This document shows, piece after piece, positions 8,590 to 16,970 of a stretch of 64,000 nucleotides of DNA. The DNA is from Simkaniaceae bacterium (GTDB lineage: Bacteria > Chlamydiota > Chlamydiia > Chlamydiales > Simkaniaceae). Numbering within the stretch: position 1 is the stretch's first letter; every line of letters starts with the position of its first letter. The DNA lies in assembly GCA_018399075.1 (NCBI GenBank), contig CP073763.1:1713842-1777841 (forward strand), read 5' to 3'. The position numbers were made by a program, and so were the translations under genes. The notes under the pieces are model-generated. The model ran no database searches. It was not told the DNA's origin and saw nothing but the letters and a program-made list of their open reading frames with translations.

Positions 8590-8847
8590 TCAAGTCTCTT
8601 TATTTTCTTTTGGCAAAGATTTTTTCTGATTAACCTTTTTTTCTAACCCTTCAGGCTCCTCTTCAGGAGTGTTTTCTCTAAGGGTTTTAGAGACCATGCC
8701 AGTTATGCGAGTAAGACTTGATTGAACAGAAGACGTATCGATAGCAGAAAATGTGCGCCTTTCCATGTTAGATTTTTGAGCACAACACTTTTTAAACTTT
8801 TTTCCAGAACCGCAAGGGCAAGGATCGTTTCGACCGACTTCTTTCAT
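8590..8847 (-). CDS. small SEC-C motif protein
   Basis: 85 aa. The N-terminal [16 protein letters not shown] is the SEC-C metal-binding motif. The rest is acidic/basic low complexity. Confidence 0.7.
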   Translation of the reverse strand: MKEVGRNDPCPCGSGKKFKKCCAQKSNMERRTFSAIDTSSVQSSLTRITGMVSKTLRENTPEEEPEGLEKKVNQKKSLPKENKET

Positions 8848-8981
8848 TATTCTACCTGTAAATTTTCATTTTTAACGAATAAGTATATAAAGATCCAGGA
8901 TTCTCGTCCAACAACACCATTAAAAGTTGACTACTGGACAATATGCAACTGGAAGCTTGCATAAGCATTTGTCTTTTTAAT

Positions 8982-9003
8982 GGGGAAAGGATACCCTTTC
9001 CCC
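8982..9003 (+). promoter_or_regulatory. perfect 9-bp GC-rich hairpin abutting the ttcA start codon
   Basis: GGGGAAAGG-ATAC-CCTTTCCCC ends 1 nt before ATG 9005. The purine arm is the only SD-like element. Confidence 0.45.
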
Positions 9004-9004
9004 T

Positions 9005-9730
9005 ATGTTTCCCCCATTTACACAGCTTGGAAAAAAAATAGAGAGTACCACACGAAAAGCGCTCTTTGATCATCACCTTTTAGAGGGTGCTGAAGGTGTT
9101 TCTGTTGCCCTAAGCGGGGGCAAGGATAGCATCACCCTTCTTCTCATGCTCAAAGCGATTTTGGGACGAGGATTCCCTGACCTCCCTCTTCATGCGATTC
9201 ATGTGAGTGGAGAGTTCTCTTGTGGGGCCTCTGTTCAGGAAAGTTTTCTTCGGGGCATTTGTGATAAGCTTGAAGTTCCTCTCGTTATTCGAGAGTCAAC
9301 GCAAAAGTTGGAAACTCTCGAATGTTACCGATGCTCAAGAGAAAGACGGCGTTTGATTTTTGAAGCGGCAAAAGAGGCCAATGCCCCCTTTGTTGCTTTT
9401 GGTCATCATGAAGACGATAGCATTCAAACCCTCCTTCTAAATCTCCTTCATAAGGGTGAGTTTGCTGCAAACCTCCCAAAAGTGCCGATGCACGATTATG
9501 GGGTGACGATTATTCGCCCTTTGCTATATGTTTCGGAAAAGGCCATCTACGAATTTGCCAAGCTACAGGGCTTTGCGCGGATTACCTGCCAATGCCCTGT
9601 CGGACAAAATTCAAAGAGGATGGAGGTCAAAAGACTTCTTAAGGAAATCGAGTCCTCTTTTCCTAATGTTTCGACAAATTTAGCACAGGCGGCCTTAAAA
9701 TATGGATCAACCAAAGCACTAGAAAAGTGA
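9005..9730 (+). CDS. ttcA: PP-loop ATPase, tRNA 2-thiocytidine synthase TtcA-like
   Basis: 241 aa with the SGGKDS PP-loop and cysteine pairs CYRCSRERR and CQCP. Confidence 0.8.
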   Translation: MFPPFTQLGKKIESTTRKALFDHHLLEGAEGVSVALSGGKDSITLLLMLKAILGRGFPDLPLHAIHVSGEFSCGASVQESFLRGICDKLEVPLVIRESTQKLETLECYRCSRERRRLIFEAAKEANAPFVAFGHHEDDSIQTLLLNLLHKGEFAANLPKVPMHDYGVTIIRPLLYVSEKAIYEFAKLQGFARITCQCPVGQNSKRMEVKRLLKEIESSFPNVSTNLAQAALKYGSTKALEK

Positions 9731-11157
9731 CCTTAATTGCTATCTGCATCTATATTGCAATTTTGTTTCTGATCGGATTTTTATCCTATCAGAAGCACCA
9801 AACCGCAAGTGACTTCATCATTGGCGCACGCTCTTTGAATTATTGGCTCACAGCCATGGCAGCCCATGCTAGCGATATGAGCTCGTGGCTCTTTCTAGGA
9901 TTTCCTGCAGTTATCTTTATTGGAGGCCTTTTTAATGCATGGCTTGCTGTGGGGCTTACCCTTTTTATGCTTCTAAACTGGCTTTTCATTGCACCAAGAG
10001 TACGAATAAAAACTGAAGAATATAACAGCATGACATTCTCCTCTTTTTTTGAGAGTCGTTTTCATGATACTTCGGGAATGATTCGGATTTTCACAGCCAT
10101 TCTTTCCTTTGTTTTTTACACGATTTATATTTCCGCAGGGATAGTAGGTTTAGGGATTCTGGTCGATACACTGTTTGGAATCAACTATACGATAGCCATT
10201 TCTGTTGGCATTTTAGTGGTGATCCCTTACCTCTTTATTGGGGGATATACCACTCTAGCCTGGATTGATCTATTTCAGGGAATGTTCCTCCTTTTAGTGA
10301 TTGTTTTAGTTCCAACAGTCCTTCTCCCTAAAGTTGGGGGCTTTGATGCGGTCCACCAGGTTTTAGATCTTCAAGGACGCTCTTTTTCGATGATTCCGAA
10401 TTTCTCTCCAAAAACTCTCTGGGGAATTCTCTTTTCAGTTTGTGGTTGGGGATTAGGATACTTTGGACAACCCCATATCATTACAAAGTTTATGGGGATA
10501 AAGAAAGTCTCTCATATTAAGAAATCAATGTTTGTCGGAATGTCTTGGCAAATCATTGCATTAGGAAGTGCCACAATCATTGGATTGATCGCTATTGCCT
10601 ACTTTAAGCAAGGGATAAACAACCCCGAATTAGTCTTTGTCGAAATGGTTAAGGAGACCTTTCCTCCCTTTATTATGGCCTTGATATTATGTGGCGTTTT
10701 AGGAGCAACAATTTCTACCATGGACTCGCAGATCTTAGTTCTTGCCTCAAGCTTAACAGAGGATTTTTATAAGCGAATCTTTCATAAGAATGCGACATCG
10801 AAACAACTCCTATGGGTCTCACGTATTTTTGTTTTAGCCGTTACGGCTTTTGCTTTTATCATCGCCTTTTTTAAAATCAGCTCCATTTATTCCCTTGTTC
10901 TTTACGCTTGGTCAGGACTTGGTTCCGCCTTTGGCCCTCTCCTTGTTTTCTCCCTCTACTCGAAAAGTGCCAATAAATATGGAGCATGGGCAGGAATTAT
11001 TATTGGAGGAACGATCTCAATTGTTTGGCCCCTTATTAATCAATACCTCTCTATTGATGTCCCAACACTCGTTCCTGGATTTTTATTTAGCAGTTTAGCC
11101 ATCTATCTGGTATCATTGATCACAAAAAACAAACACTACCACCATGCAAAAAATTAA
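9727..11157 (+). CDS. sodium:solute symporter family transporter (PutP/PanF-like)
   Basis: 476 aa with about 13 hydrophobic helices and an SSS-type N-terminus. The GTG start overlaps the ttcA stop (GTGA). Confidence 0.85.
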   Translation: MTLIAICIYIAILFLIGFLSYQKHQTASDFIIGARSLNYWLTAMAAHASDMSSWLFLGFPAVIFIGGLFNAWLAVGLTLFMLLNWLFIAPRVRIKTEEYNSMTFSSFFESRFHDTSGMIRIFTAILSFVFYTIYISAGIVGLGILVDTLFGINYTIAISVGILVVIPYLFIGGYTTLAWIDLFQGMFLLLVIVLVPTVLLPKVGGFDAVHQVLDLQGRSFSMIPNFSPKTLWGILFSVCGWGLGYFGQPHIITKFMGIKKVSHIKKSMFVGMSWQIIALGSATIIGLIAIAYFKQGINNPELVFVEMVKETFPPFIMALILCGVLGATISTMDSQILVLASSLTEDFYKRIFHKNATSKQLLWVSRIFVLAVTAFAFIIAFFKISSIYSLVLYAWSGLGSAFGPLLVFSLYSKSANKYGAWAGIIIGGTISIVWPLINQYLSIDVPTLVPGFLFSSLAIYLVSLITKNKHYHHAKN

Positions 11158-11914
11158 AATACTTCTCACAAACGATGATGGCATTGAAGCCAGCGGAATC
11201 CAAACTCTTTGGGAAGGACTCAAAGACTTTGCAGACCTATCTATTGTAGCCCCCATGAAAGAACAGTCAGGAAAAGGGGTCAGCGTCACTTTTTATGGTC
11301 CGATACGTGTTGAAAAAGCTTTGGGCTTTGGAAATACCCCTGCATGGAAAGTGCAAGGAACGCCGGCTGACTGCGTGAAGCTTGCTCTTGGAGGTCTTCT
11401 TGATTGGACACCCGATTTGATTGTTTCAGGAATCAATCACGGTTCAAATGCAGGAAGAGGTCTTTTGCATAGTGGAACAGCTGGATGTGTTATCCAAGGA
11501 ACCCTTCTAAAAGTTCCAGGCGTTGCCTTTTCTTACACCTGTGCTGAAACAGAAACGTTTCCTCATGTGAAACCCTATCTTTTCCCCATAGTTGAACATG
11601 TGATCAATCATCCCCTTCCCGAAGGGACATTCCTCAATGTAAACTTTCCTAAAAAAACCATCCAAGGGGTTAAAATGGCCCGACAAGGCCTCTATTTTTG
11701 GCATGAAACCCCAAGAAAAGTCGAGCATCCGGAAGGACACTTTGAGTTTCATTTAGATGAAACATTCCAGGATCATGATGAACACCCTGACAGTGATATC
11801 GCGCTCTTAAAGGCAGGATTTATCACAGCTGTTCCGATTCATATCAATGAAATGACCGATCATTCCCATCTTCAAGCTCATAAAGAGCGCTTTGAAAATC
11901 GTTTTCAAGGCTAG
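11144..11914 (+). CDS. surE: 5'/3'-nucleotidase SurE
   Basis: MQKIKILLTNDDGIEASGI... and GINHGSN motifs. The gene overlaps the symporter 3' end by 14 nt. Confidence 0.9.
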   Translation: MQKIKILLTNDDGIEASGIQTLWEGLKDFADLSIVAPMKEQSGKGVSVTFYGPIRVEKALGFGNTPAWKVQGTPADCVKLALGGLLDWTPDLIVSGINHGSNAGRGLLHSGTAGCVIQGTLLKVPGVAFSYTCAETETFPHVKPYLFPIVEHVINHPLPEGTFLNVNFPKKTIQGVKMARQGLYFWHETPRKVEHPEGHFEFHLDETFQDHDEHPDSDIALLKAGFITAVPIHINEMTDHSHLQAHKERFENRFQG

Positions 11915-11986
11915 ATAAAAGATATTTGAAAATATTCTACAATAGGACTACTCTCTTTGAGATCAACAACTCTTAAGGGAGGTTAT

Positions 11987-13216
11987 ATGTCTAGAATTTT
12001 TCATTTTTTCTTCTCGGTTCTTCTTTTAGTAGGAAGCACTCTTTTTTCAGGAAACTTTGCCTACGTAACCAACAGCGGAGATGGCACAGTCTCAGTAATA
12101 AGCACAGCAACCAATACTGTGGTAGGAGCACCCATACCTGTTGGAGCCGGTCCATTTGGGATTGATGTTACCCCTGATGGCAAATATGCCTATGTGGCAA
12201 ATAGTGGAGATAGTACAGTTTCAATCATCGATACCAGTACAAATGCTGTTATGGGAGCTCCGATTGTAGTAGGAACAACTCCAAGAGGACTTTCAGTCAG
12301 TCCCGATGGGTTATTTGTCTATGTGGCAAATGAAGGATCTATGGATGTTTCAGTTATCGATGTAAGTACAAACACAGTTGTACAAACTTTTGGTGGTATC
12401 GGAAATGCCCCTTTTAGTGTTGTCTTTTCTCCTGATGGAAGTCGCGCTTATTTCACCATCATTAATGATGGAACAGTCGCATTTGTCGATACGGCAAGCA
12501 AAGCGGTTTTAGCGAACGTTCCTATCGGAAGTGATCCAGTAGGGATTGATGTGACTCCAAACGGCCAAACACTCTATGTTGGTAATTCAGGTGATGGTGA
12601 AGCTGGCGTTATTGATACTGCGAGTTTAGCAACTTCATTAGTTTTTCTTAATAATGCTCCGAGAGGTGTTGCAACCTCTCTTGATGGATCACGCGTCTAT
12701 ATTACTGATCAGTTTGGGCCTTTTGACCGGTTGAATGTGATCGATGTCGCATCCAATACAGTGACTAATACGATTACCCTTGGAAATGGAGCCGCTGGAA
12801 TCGCAATTAGCGAGAATGGTGAAATTGCCTATGTCCCTAACGCTGCAGATGGTACAGTTTCCATTGTTGATCTTGTTAGTGAAACCGTCCTTTCAACAAT
12901 TGCTGTTGGTTCTACACCCATAGGTGTTGCTGTGATTCCTGAAACCTTTAGTGTTTCGGGCTCAGCAAAAAAAGACTCTTTTATGACAGAGACTAATATT
13001 TTTAATAAGCTCACATGGGTTGCTCCCGATAATATTACTGCCAATCGGTATCTGATTTATCGTGACTCAGTCCTAGTGGGCTCAGTTCCAGGCAACCAAC
13101 TAACCTTTAATGACAATAATCTTAAGAGGAAGCGCAGCTACTCTTATACCATTATTGCTGAAGGCCCTGGTGGATCTGGAGCTGTCGGTAAAATCACATT
13201 AAAGTCTAAGTCTTAA
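11987..13216 (+). CDS. YVTN-repeat beta-propeller protein, secreted
   Basis: About 40-residue repeats of the form YV(A/T)NSGD(G/S)TVSVID..TN.V occur 7 or more times. A signal peptide follows ATG 11987, which is preceded by GGGAGG. The C-terminus is Ig/FN3-like. Confidence 0.8.
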   Translation: MSRIFHFFFSVLLLVGSTLFSGNFAYVTNSGDGTVSVISTATNTVVGAPIPVGAGPFGIDVTPDGKYAYVANSGDSTVSIIDTSTNAVMGAPIVVGTTPRGLSVSPDGLFVYVANEGSMDVSVIDVSTNTVVQTFGGIGNAPFSVVFSPDGSRAYFTIINDGTVAFVDTASKAVLANVPIGSDPVGIDVTPNGQTLYVGNSGDGEAGVIDTASLATSLVFLNNAPRGVATSLDGSRVYITDQFGPFDRLNVIDVASNTVTNTITLGNGAAGIAISENGEIAYVPNAADGTVSIVDLVSETVLSTIAVGSTPIGVAVIPETFSVSGSAKKDSFMTETNIFNKLTWVAPDNITANRYLIYRDSVLVGSVPGNQLTFNDNNLKRKRSYSYTIIAEGPGGSGAVGKITLKSKS

Positions 13217-13240
13217 ATAACTAAATAGCTTTTCTTTTAG

Positions 13241-13271
13241 CCCACTTATATAAAATAGGTGGGTTTTTTTT
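13241..13271 (+). terminator. rho-independent terminator
   Basis: CCCAC..GTGGG stem followed by T8. Confidence 0.7.
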
Positions 13272-13343
13272 AAAAATTTAATAGAAAATTAATTACAAAA
13301 TAATTACAAGAAGGTTAGAAAGCTATTACTATAGGGTGGAATT

Positions 13344-13994
13344 ATGCTAACTAAATTATTATCAAAGGTTTTAGGGGCTTCCCTCTTTGGAATCATCCTT
13401 TTCAGCTCTTTTCAAGCTGAAGCGCATGAGATGCAAAGCTACCAAGCTCAAAGAGACCAAACAAATCAAGCACAATCAAGAGAAATTCTTCTTGAAGGAA
13501 AGGCCTCTTACTTTATCTCTACAAACAAAAGATTTAGAGATGTTTACGGCGGCACAGGGCTTTATCGAATCGAAACAAATATCCAGACTTGGAAAGATCT
13601 TTACACTTGGGTTAGCTTAGGCTACCTCTATGGCTGGGGAGATTCAAGTCGTGGAAATCACACTCACATCCACTTAGTTCCTCTAAGTGTTGGAGTGAGC
13701 TACTTATTCAAATATGAGAACTGGACTCCTTATGTCGGTATTGGCCCCATTCTTGCCTACTCATATATTCATAATGGATCCAAGCATGTCACTCGCCATC
13801 AAAATGGATGGGGAGGAGGATTCCTTACAAAACTAGGATTTCTGACTTACGTTGCAGAAAACGTTTTCTTGGACTTCTTTGCTGATTACTCTTTCATCAG
13901 AATGAGTTTTCATCACGGCGGAAAAAGAACGGTTCATCATAAAGGTGATCTAAGCGGCTTCTCATTCGGAGCAGGCGTGGGATACAGATTCTAG
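13344..13994 (+). CDS. outer-membrane beta-barrel protein (OmpW/opacity-type)
   Basis: Signal peptide ...SSFQAEA, alternating aromatic/glycine strands, and a C-terminal GAGVGYRF ending in Phe. Confidence 0.7.
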   Translation: MLTKLLSKVLGASLFGIILFSSFQAEAHEMQSYQAQRDQTNQAQSREILLEGKASYFISTNKRFRDVYGGTGLYRIETNIQTWKDLYTWVSLGYLYGWGDSSRGNHTHIHLVPLSVGVSYLFKYENWTPYVGIGPILAYSYIHNGSKHVTRHQNGWGGGFLTKLGFLTYVAENVFLDFFADYSFIRMSFHHGGKRTVHHKGDLSGFSFGAGVGYRF

Positions 13995-14004
13995 TCAATT
14001 TTAT

Positions 14005-14036
14005 TAGATAGCTTGCCTAAAATGGCAAGCTATCTA
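14005..14036 (+). terminator. 13-bp perfect hairpin after the OMP gene
   Basis: TAGATAGCTTGCC-6nt-GGCAAGCTATCTA. A T8 run lies about 20 nt downstream. Confidence 0.6.
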
Positions 14037-14089
14037 ACCTCTTTCAATCTCATTTTTTTTCATTTCTTCATTAAATCGCAATTCAAGAC

Positions 14090-14118
14090 TTGAAAGAATT
14101 CTTCCATTCATTTAGAAT
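14090..14118 (+). promoter_or_regulatory. sigma70-like promoter for tRNA-Val/tRNA-Asp
   Basis: TTGAAA-17nt-TAGAAT ends 15 nt before the tRNA-Val 5' end. Confidence 0.45.
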
Positions 14119-14133
14119 TAGTGGACTTATGAC

Positions 14134-14206
14134 GGGCGTATAGCTCAGTTGGTAGAGCTCCTGTCTTACACACAGGCGGTCATAGGTTCGAGTCCTTTTG
14201 CGCCCA
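14134..14206 (+). tRNA. tRNA-Val (TAC)
   Basis: GGGCGTATAGCTCAGTTGGTAGAGCTCCTGTCTTACACACAGG...TTCGAGTCCTTTTGCGCCCA, with anticodon loop CTTACAC. Confidence 0.9.
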
Positions 14207-14216
14207 AAATCCAGTT

Positions 14217-14290
14217 GCGGGAGTAGTTCAACTGGTTAGAGCACCAGCCTGTCACGCTGGAAGTTGCGAGTTCGAGTCTCGTCTCCCGCG
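14217..14290 (+). tRNA. tRNA-Asp (GTC)
   Basis: GCGGGAGTAGTTCAACTGGTTAGAGCACCAGCCTGTCACGCTGG...TTCGAGTCTCGTCTCCCGCG, with anticodon loop CTGTCAC. Confidence 0.9.
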
Positions 14291-14294
14291 ATTT

Positions 14295-15005
14295 CTATTT
14301 AAAGAAATCTTGAATCACTTCTAATTTTAACTGTCGATCGAAAAGAGTTTCGCTAAGAAAGTTGGCGGTTGCCCGAGGTCTCAGTTTTTCCACTTTTTCA
14401 AGTGTTGTCCCATATGGCTCGGTATCATAAAACGCAAGACGCCCATCATCCATCATAAGGAAATTCCTTGAAAGATCTTGATTTCCTGTCAGATAAATAA
14501 GCTTCCAAATCTGAGTCGCAACATTTTTTTGCTCATCCATTGTCATAGCTTCAATCCTTCTACCCGTCTCATCCCAGGAGAGAAGATCAAGCTTTTCAGC
14601 AATCACCCCATGACTGAAAGACCATTTTTTTGGGACATATAGACGATCTAAATCCTCAGCCTCGATGATTTTCCTCATCTGAAGAGAAGCTCGTACGCGA
14701 AGCTCAAGCGAGTTTTCCTCAACAGGGGCTCTACCCTCATTGGTATAATAATACGTGTGAGTTGTAAAACTCGATGGAATCTTAATTTTAATCACATATT
14801 CTGGGCGTTGACTCCAAACAAGAACGGCTATATCACCGATAACATTCAGTCTTCTTGTATCCGCAGGCATTGGCTCAGTAGACGAATTAAATAAATGATT
14901 TACCTCTCGAACAATCGAAGGCTCACTCAAAACCCTCAACATAGGGATATAATCTATTAATGTGCTTTTCAGTACTTCCATGGCCGAAAGTATAATGAAC
15001 TGCAT
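14295..15005 (-). CDS. hypothetical protein with an atypical protein-kinase-like fold
   Basis: 236 aa. VIKIKIP, GVIAEKLDL and GNQDLSRNFLMMDDGRLAFYDTE resemble the beta3-Lys, hinge, catalytic-loop (DLxxxN) and DFG-like (DTE) elements. Confidence 0.55.
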   Translation of the reverse strand: MQFIILSAMEVLKSTLIDYIPMLRVLSEPSIVREVNHLFNSSTEPMPADTRRLNVIGDIAVLVWSQRPEYVIKIKIPSSFTTHTYYYTNEGRAPVEENSLELRVRASLQMRKIIEAEDLDRLYVPKKWSFSHGVIAEKLDLLSWDETGRRIEAMTMDEQKNVATQIWKLIYLTGNQDLSRNFLMMDDGRLAFYDTEPYGTTLEKVEKLRPRATANFLSETLFDRQLKLEVIQDFFK

Positions 15006-15183
15006 AATTAATTTCTTTTATTAAATTTTTTTTTATCTATCTATTTTCAGGGTAAAAAACCGGACTAAAACTCCTTCCTTCCCTCTTTATTTTTGAGGAA
15101 CATAGATCGTGACTCTCAATTAGATTTCTATTTGTTTATATTTTCTCTTAGAAAAAAAAATCTAATCTGTTACAGTTGGCAGT

Positions 15184-16092
15184 ATGGCCGTTGGAAGTAT
15201 ATCACACAGAACTAAGAAACAATTAATCCTCTCTTATTTTTGGACTGCAGTAGGAGCATTCCTTGCTGCCGTTTCCATTAAGGTTTTCCTCTTTCCTAAT
15301 GACTTGATTGATGGTGGTATCATCGGTATCTCGATGATTTTAACGCGCCTAACCACCAAGGCCGTCTTTCCAATTTACTTCATTATTTTAACCCTTCCCT
15401 TTATTTACCTTTCTTACAAGTTTATTAGGCGAACCTTTTTTATTCAGATGATCATTGCGGTGATCTTATTTTCTCTATCCCTTGCAATTTTAAACCGCTT
15501 TTCCTCCCCCTTTGAATCAGACCCTCTAGAAATCATTGTGATTGGTGGTGCGATATTGGGTATCGGTGCTGGTTTAATTATTCGAAATGGTGGATGTCTT
15601 GACGGAACAGAGATTTTAGCAATCATTATCAATCGAAAAAAAGGATTTACGGTTGGGCAAGTCGTTCTTTTTATCAACATCTTTATCTTTGCAGCCTATG
15701 GCTTCATTTTTAGAGATTGGCATATTGCTCTTCGCTCTCTTTTGACCTATGTCGTTGCCTTTAAAATGATGGATATCGTCATCGTTGGACTTGATGAACT
15801 CAAGTCTGTGATGATCATTTCTTCAAAACCAAAAGAACTCACTCAGCTCGTCATGCACGAAATGGGGCTGGGTCTCACTGTGATGTATGGAAGAGGCGGC
15901 TATACAGGCGATGCCCGCGAAATTCTCTTTGTCATCGTCGAGCGTCTCGATCTTGCTGACCTTAAAGATATCGTTTTACGTGAAGATCCTTCCGCCTTCA
16001 TGGCTATAGAAAACCTCCATGAGGTCGTCTCTGGACGACAAGCTAAAATCCCGACCAAAAAACGCTCCCGTAAGCGCGCTGTTAAAACTTAA
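15184..16092 (+). CDS. YitT-family membrane protein (with DUF2179 C-terminal domain)
   Basis: 302 aa. FLFPNDLIDGGIIGISMIL and GGCLDGTEILAI are YitT-type repeats. A soluble C-terminal domain is present. Confidence 0.8.
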   Translation: MAVGSISHRTKKQLILSYFWTAVGAFLAAVSIKVFLFPNDLIDGGIIGISMILTRLTTKAVFPIYFIILTLPFIYLSYKFIRRTFFIQMIIAVILFSLSLAILNRFSSPFESDPLEIIVIGGAILGIGAGLIIRNGGCLDGTEILAIIINRKKGFTVGQVVLFINIFIFAAYGFIFRDWHIALRSLLTYVVAFKMMDIVIVGLDELKSVMIISSKPKELTQLVMHEMGLGLTVMYGRGGYTGDAREILFVIVERLDLADLKDIVLREDPSAFMAIENLHEVVSGRQAKIPTKKRSRKRAVKT

Positions 16093-16094
16093 AC

Positions 16095-16119
16095 TTCCCT
16101 TGTAAAAAACGGGAGTTTT
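16095..16119 (+). terminator. weak hairpin plus T4 after the YitT-family gene
   Basis: TTCCC-11nt-GGGAG followed by TTTT. Confidence 0.3.
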
Positions 16120-16136
16120 CGATAAATTTTCCCTAT

Positions 16137-16967
16137 ATGGATCCTAGACTTTTAGAAGAAATTAAAAGAAATATCGCTATTGCATTAAAGGAAGATGAAG
16201 CCTTTTCTGACATTACAACAACAGCCTGCTTAGAAAAAAAAATGGGTATGGCAACTCTTCTTCTTAAAGAAGCAGGCGTGATTGCAGGCCTTCCCTTTCT
16301 TTCTCTGATTGTCCAAGCGATCGATCCTGAAGTTGAGGTCGAGCTACTTTCTAAAGAAGGTTCCTACTTAGAATCAGGACCTGTTGCAACAATGAAGGGC
16401 TCTATTCACTCTCTTTTAGCTTCCGAAAGAACCCTGATTAATTTCATCCAACATATCACAAGCATTGCAAGCAAAACTGAGAAGTATGTTCGCGAAGTTG
16501 ATGGATTATGCGATATTCTTGATACACGGAAAACAATGCCAGGACACCGCTTTCTCCAAAAGTATGCTGTCCGTATGGGTGGAGGAAGAAATCACCGTTT
16601 TCATTTAGCAGATCAAATCCTCATTAAAGACAACCACTTGGTCGCAAGTAGTGTTGGAGAAGCGATTGAAAAAGCGCGCATGCGCTATCCGAACAAACGC
16701 ATTCAGATCGAAGTTGAGAACCTTGAGATGTTTGAGGAAGCTTTAGGGCATAAACCTGATGCTATTCTCCTTGATAATATGTCTCCGGAAACGATTTCAA
16801 AAGCGGTAATGCAAAATTTAGAAGGGCTTTATTTAGAAGCCTCAGGTAATATCAAACTACAAAACATCCGCTCATATGCTGACACGGGTGTGGATGGGAT
16901 CTCTATTGGAGCTCTCACTCACTCAGTGAATGCAATAGATATGAGCTTAGAAATTAGGAGAACTTAA
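16137..16967 (+). CDS. nadC: nicotinate-nucleotide pyrophosphorylase (quinolinate phosphoribosyltransferase)
   Basis: 276 aa. ERTLINFIQH, DTRKTMPG, RFLQKYAVRMGGGRNHRF and LIKDNH are present. Confidence 0.9.
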   Translation: MDPRLLEEIKRNIAIALKEDEAFSDITTTACLEKKMGMATLLLKEAGVIAGLPFLSLIVQAIDPEVEVELLSKEGSYLESGPVATMKGSIHSLLASERTLINFIQHITSIASKTEKYVREVDGLCDILDTRKTMPGHRFLQKYAVRMGGGRNHRFHLADQILIKDNHLVASSVGEAIEKARMRYPNKRIQIEVENLEMFEEALGHKPDAILLDNMSPETISKAVMQNLEGLYLEASGNIKLQNIRSYADTGVDGISIGALTHSVNAIDMSLEIRRT

Positions 16968-16970
16968 ACG

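Noticed and set aside
8852-9076. 74-aa minus-strand ORF overlapping the ttcA start
   Set aside because: It overlaps the 5' end of ttcA and the divergent intergenic region, and has no recognisable features.
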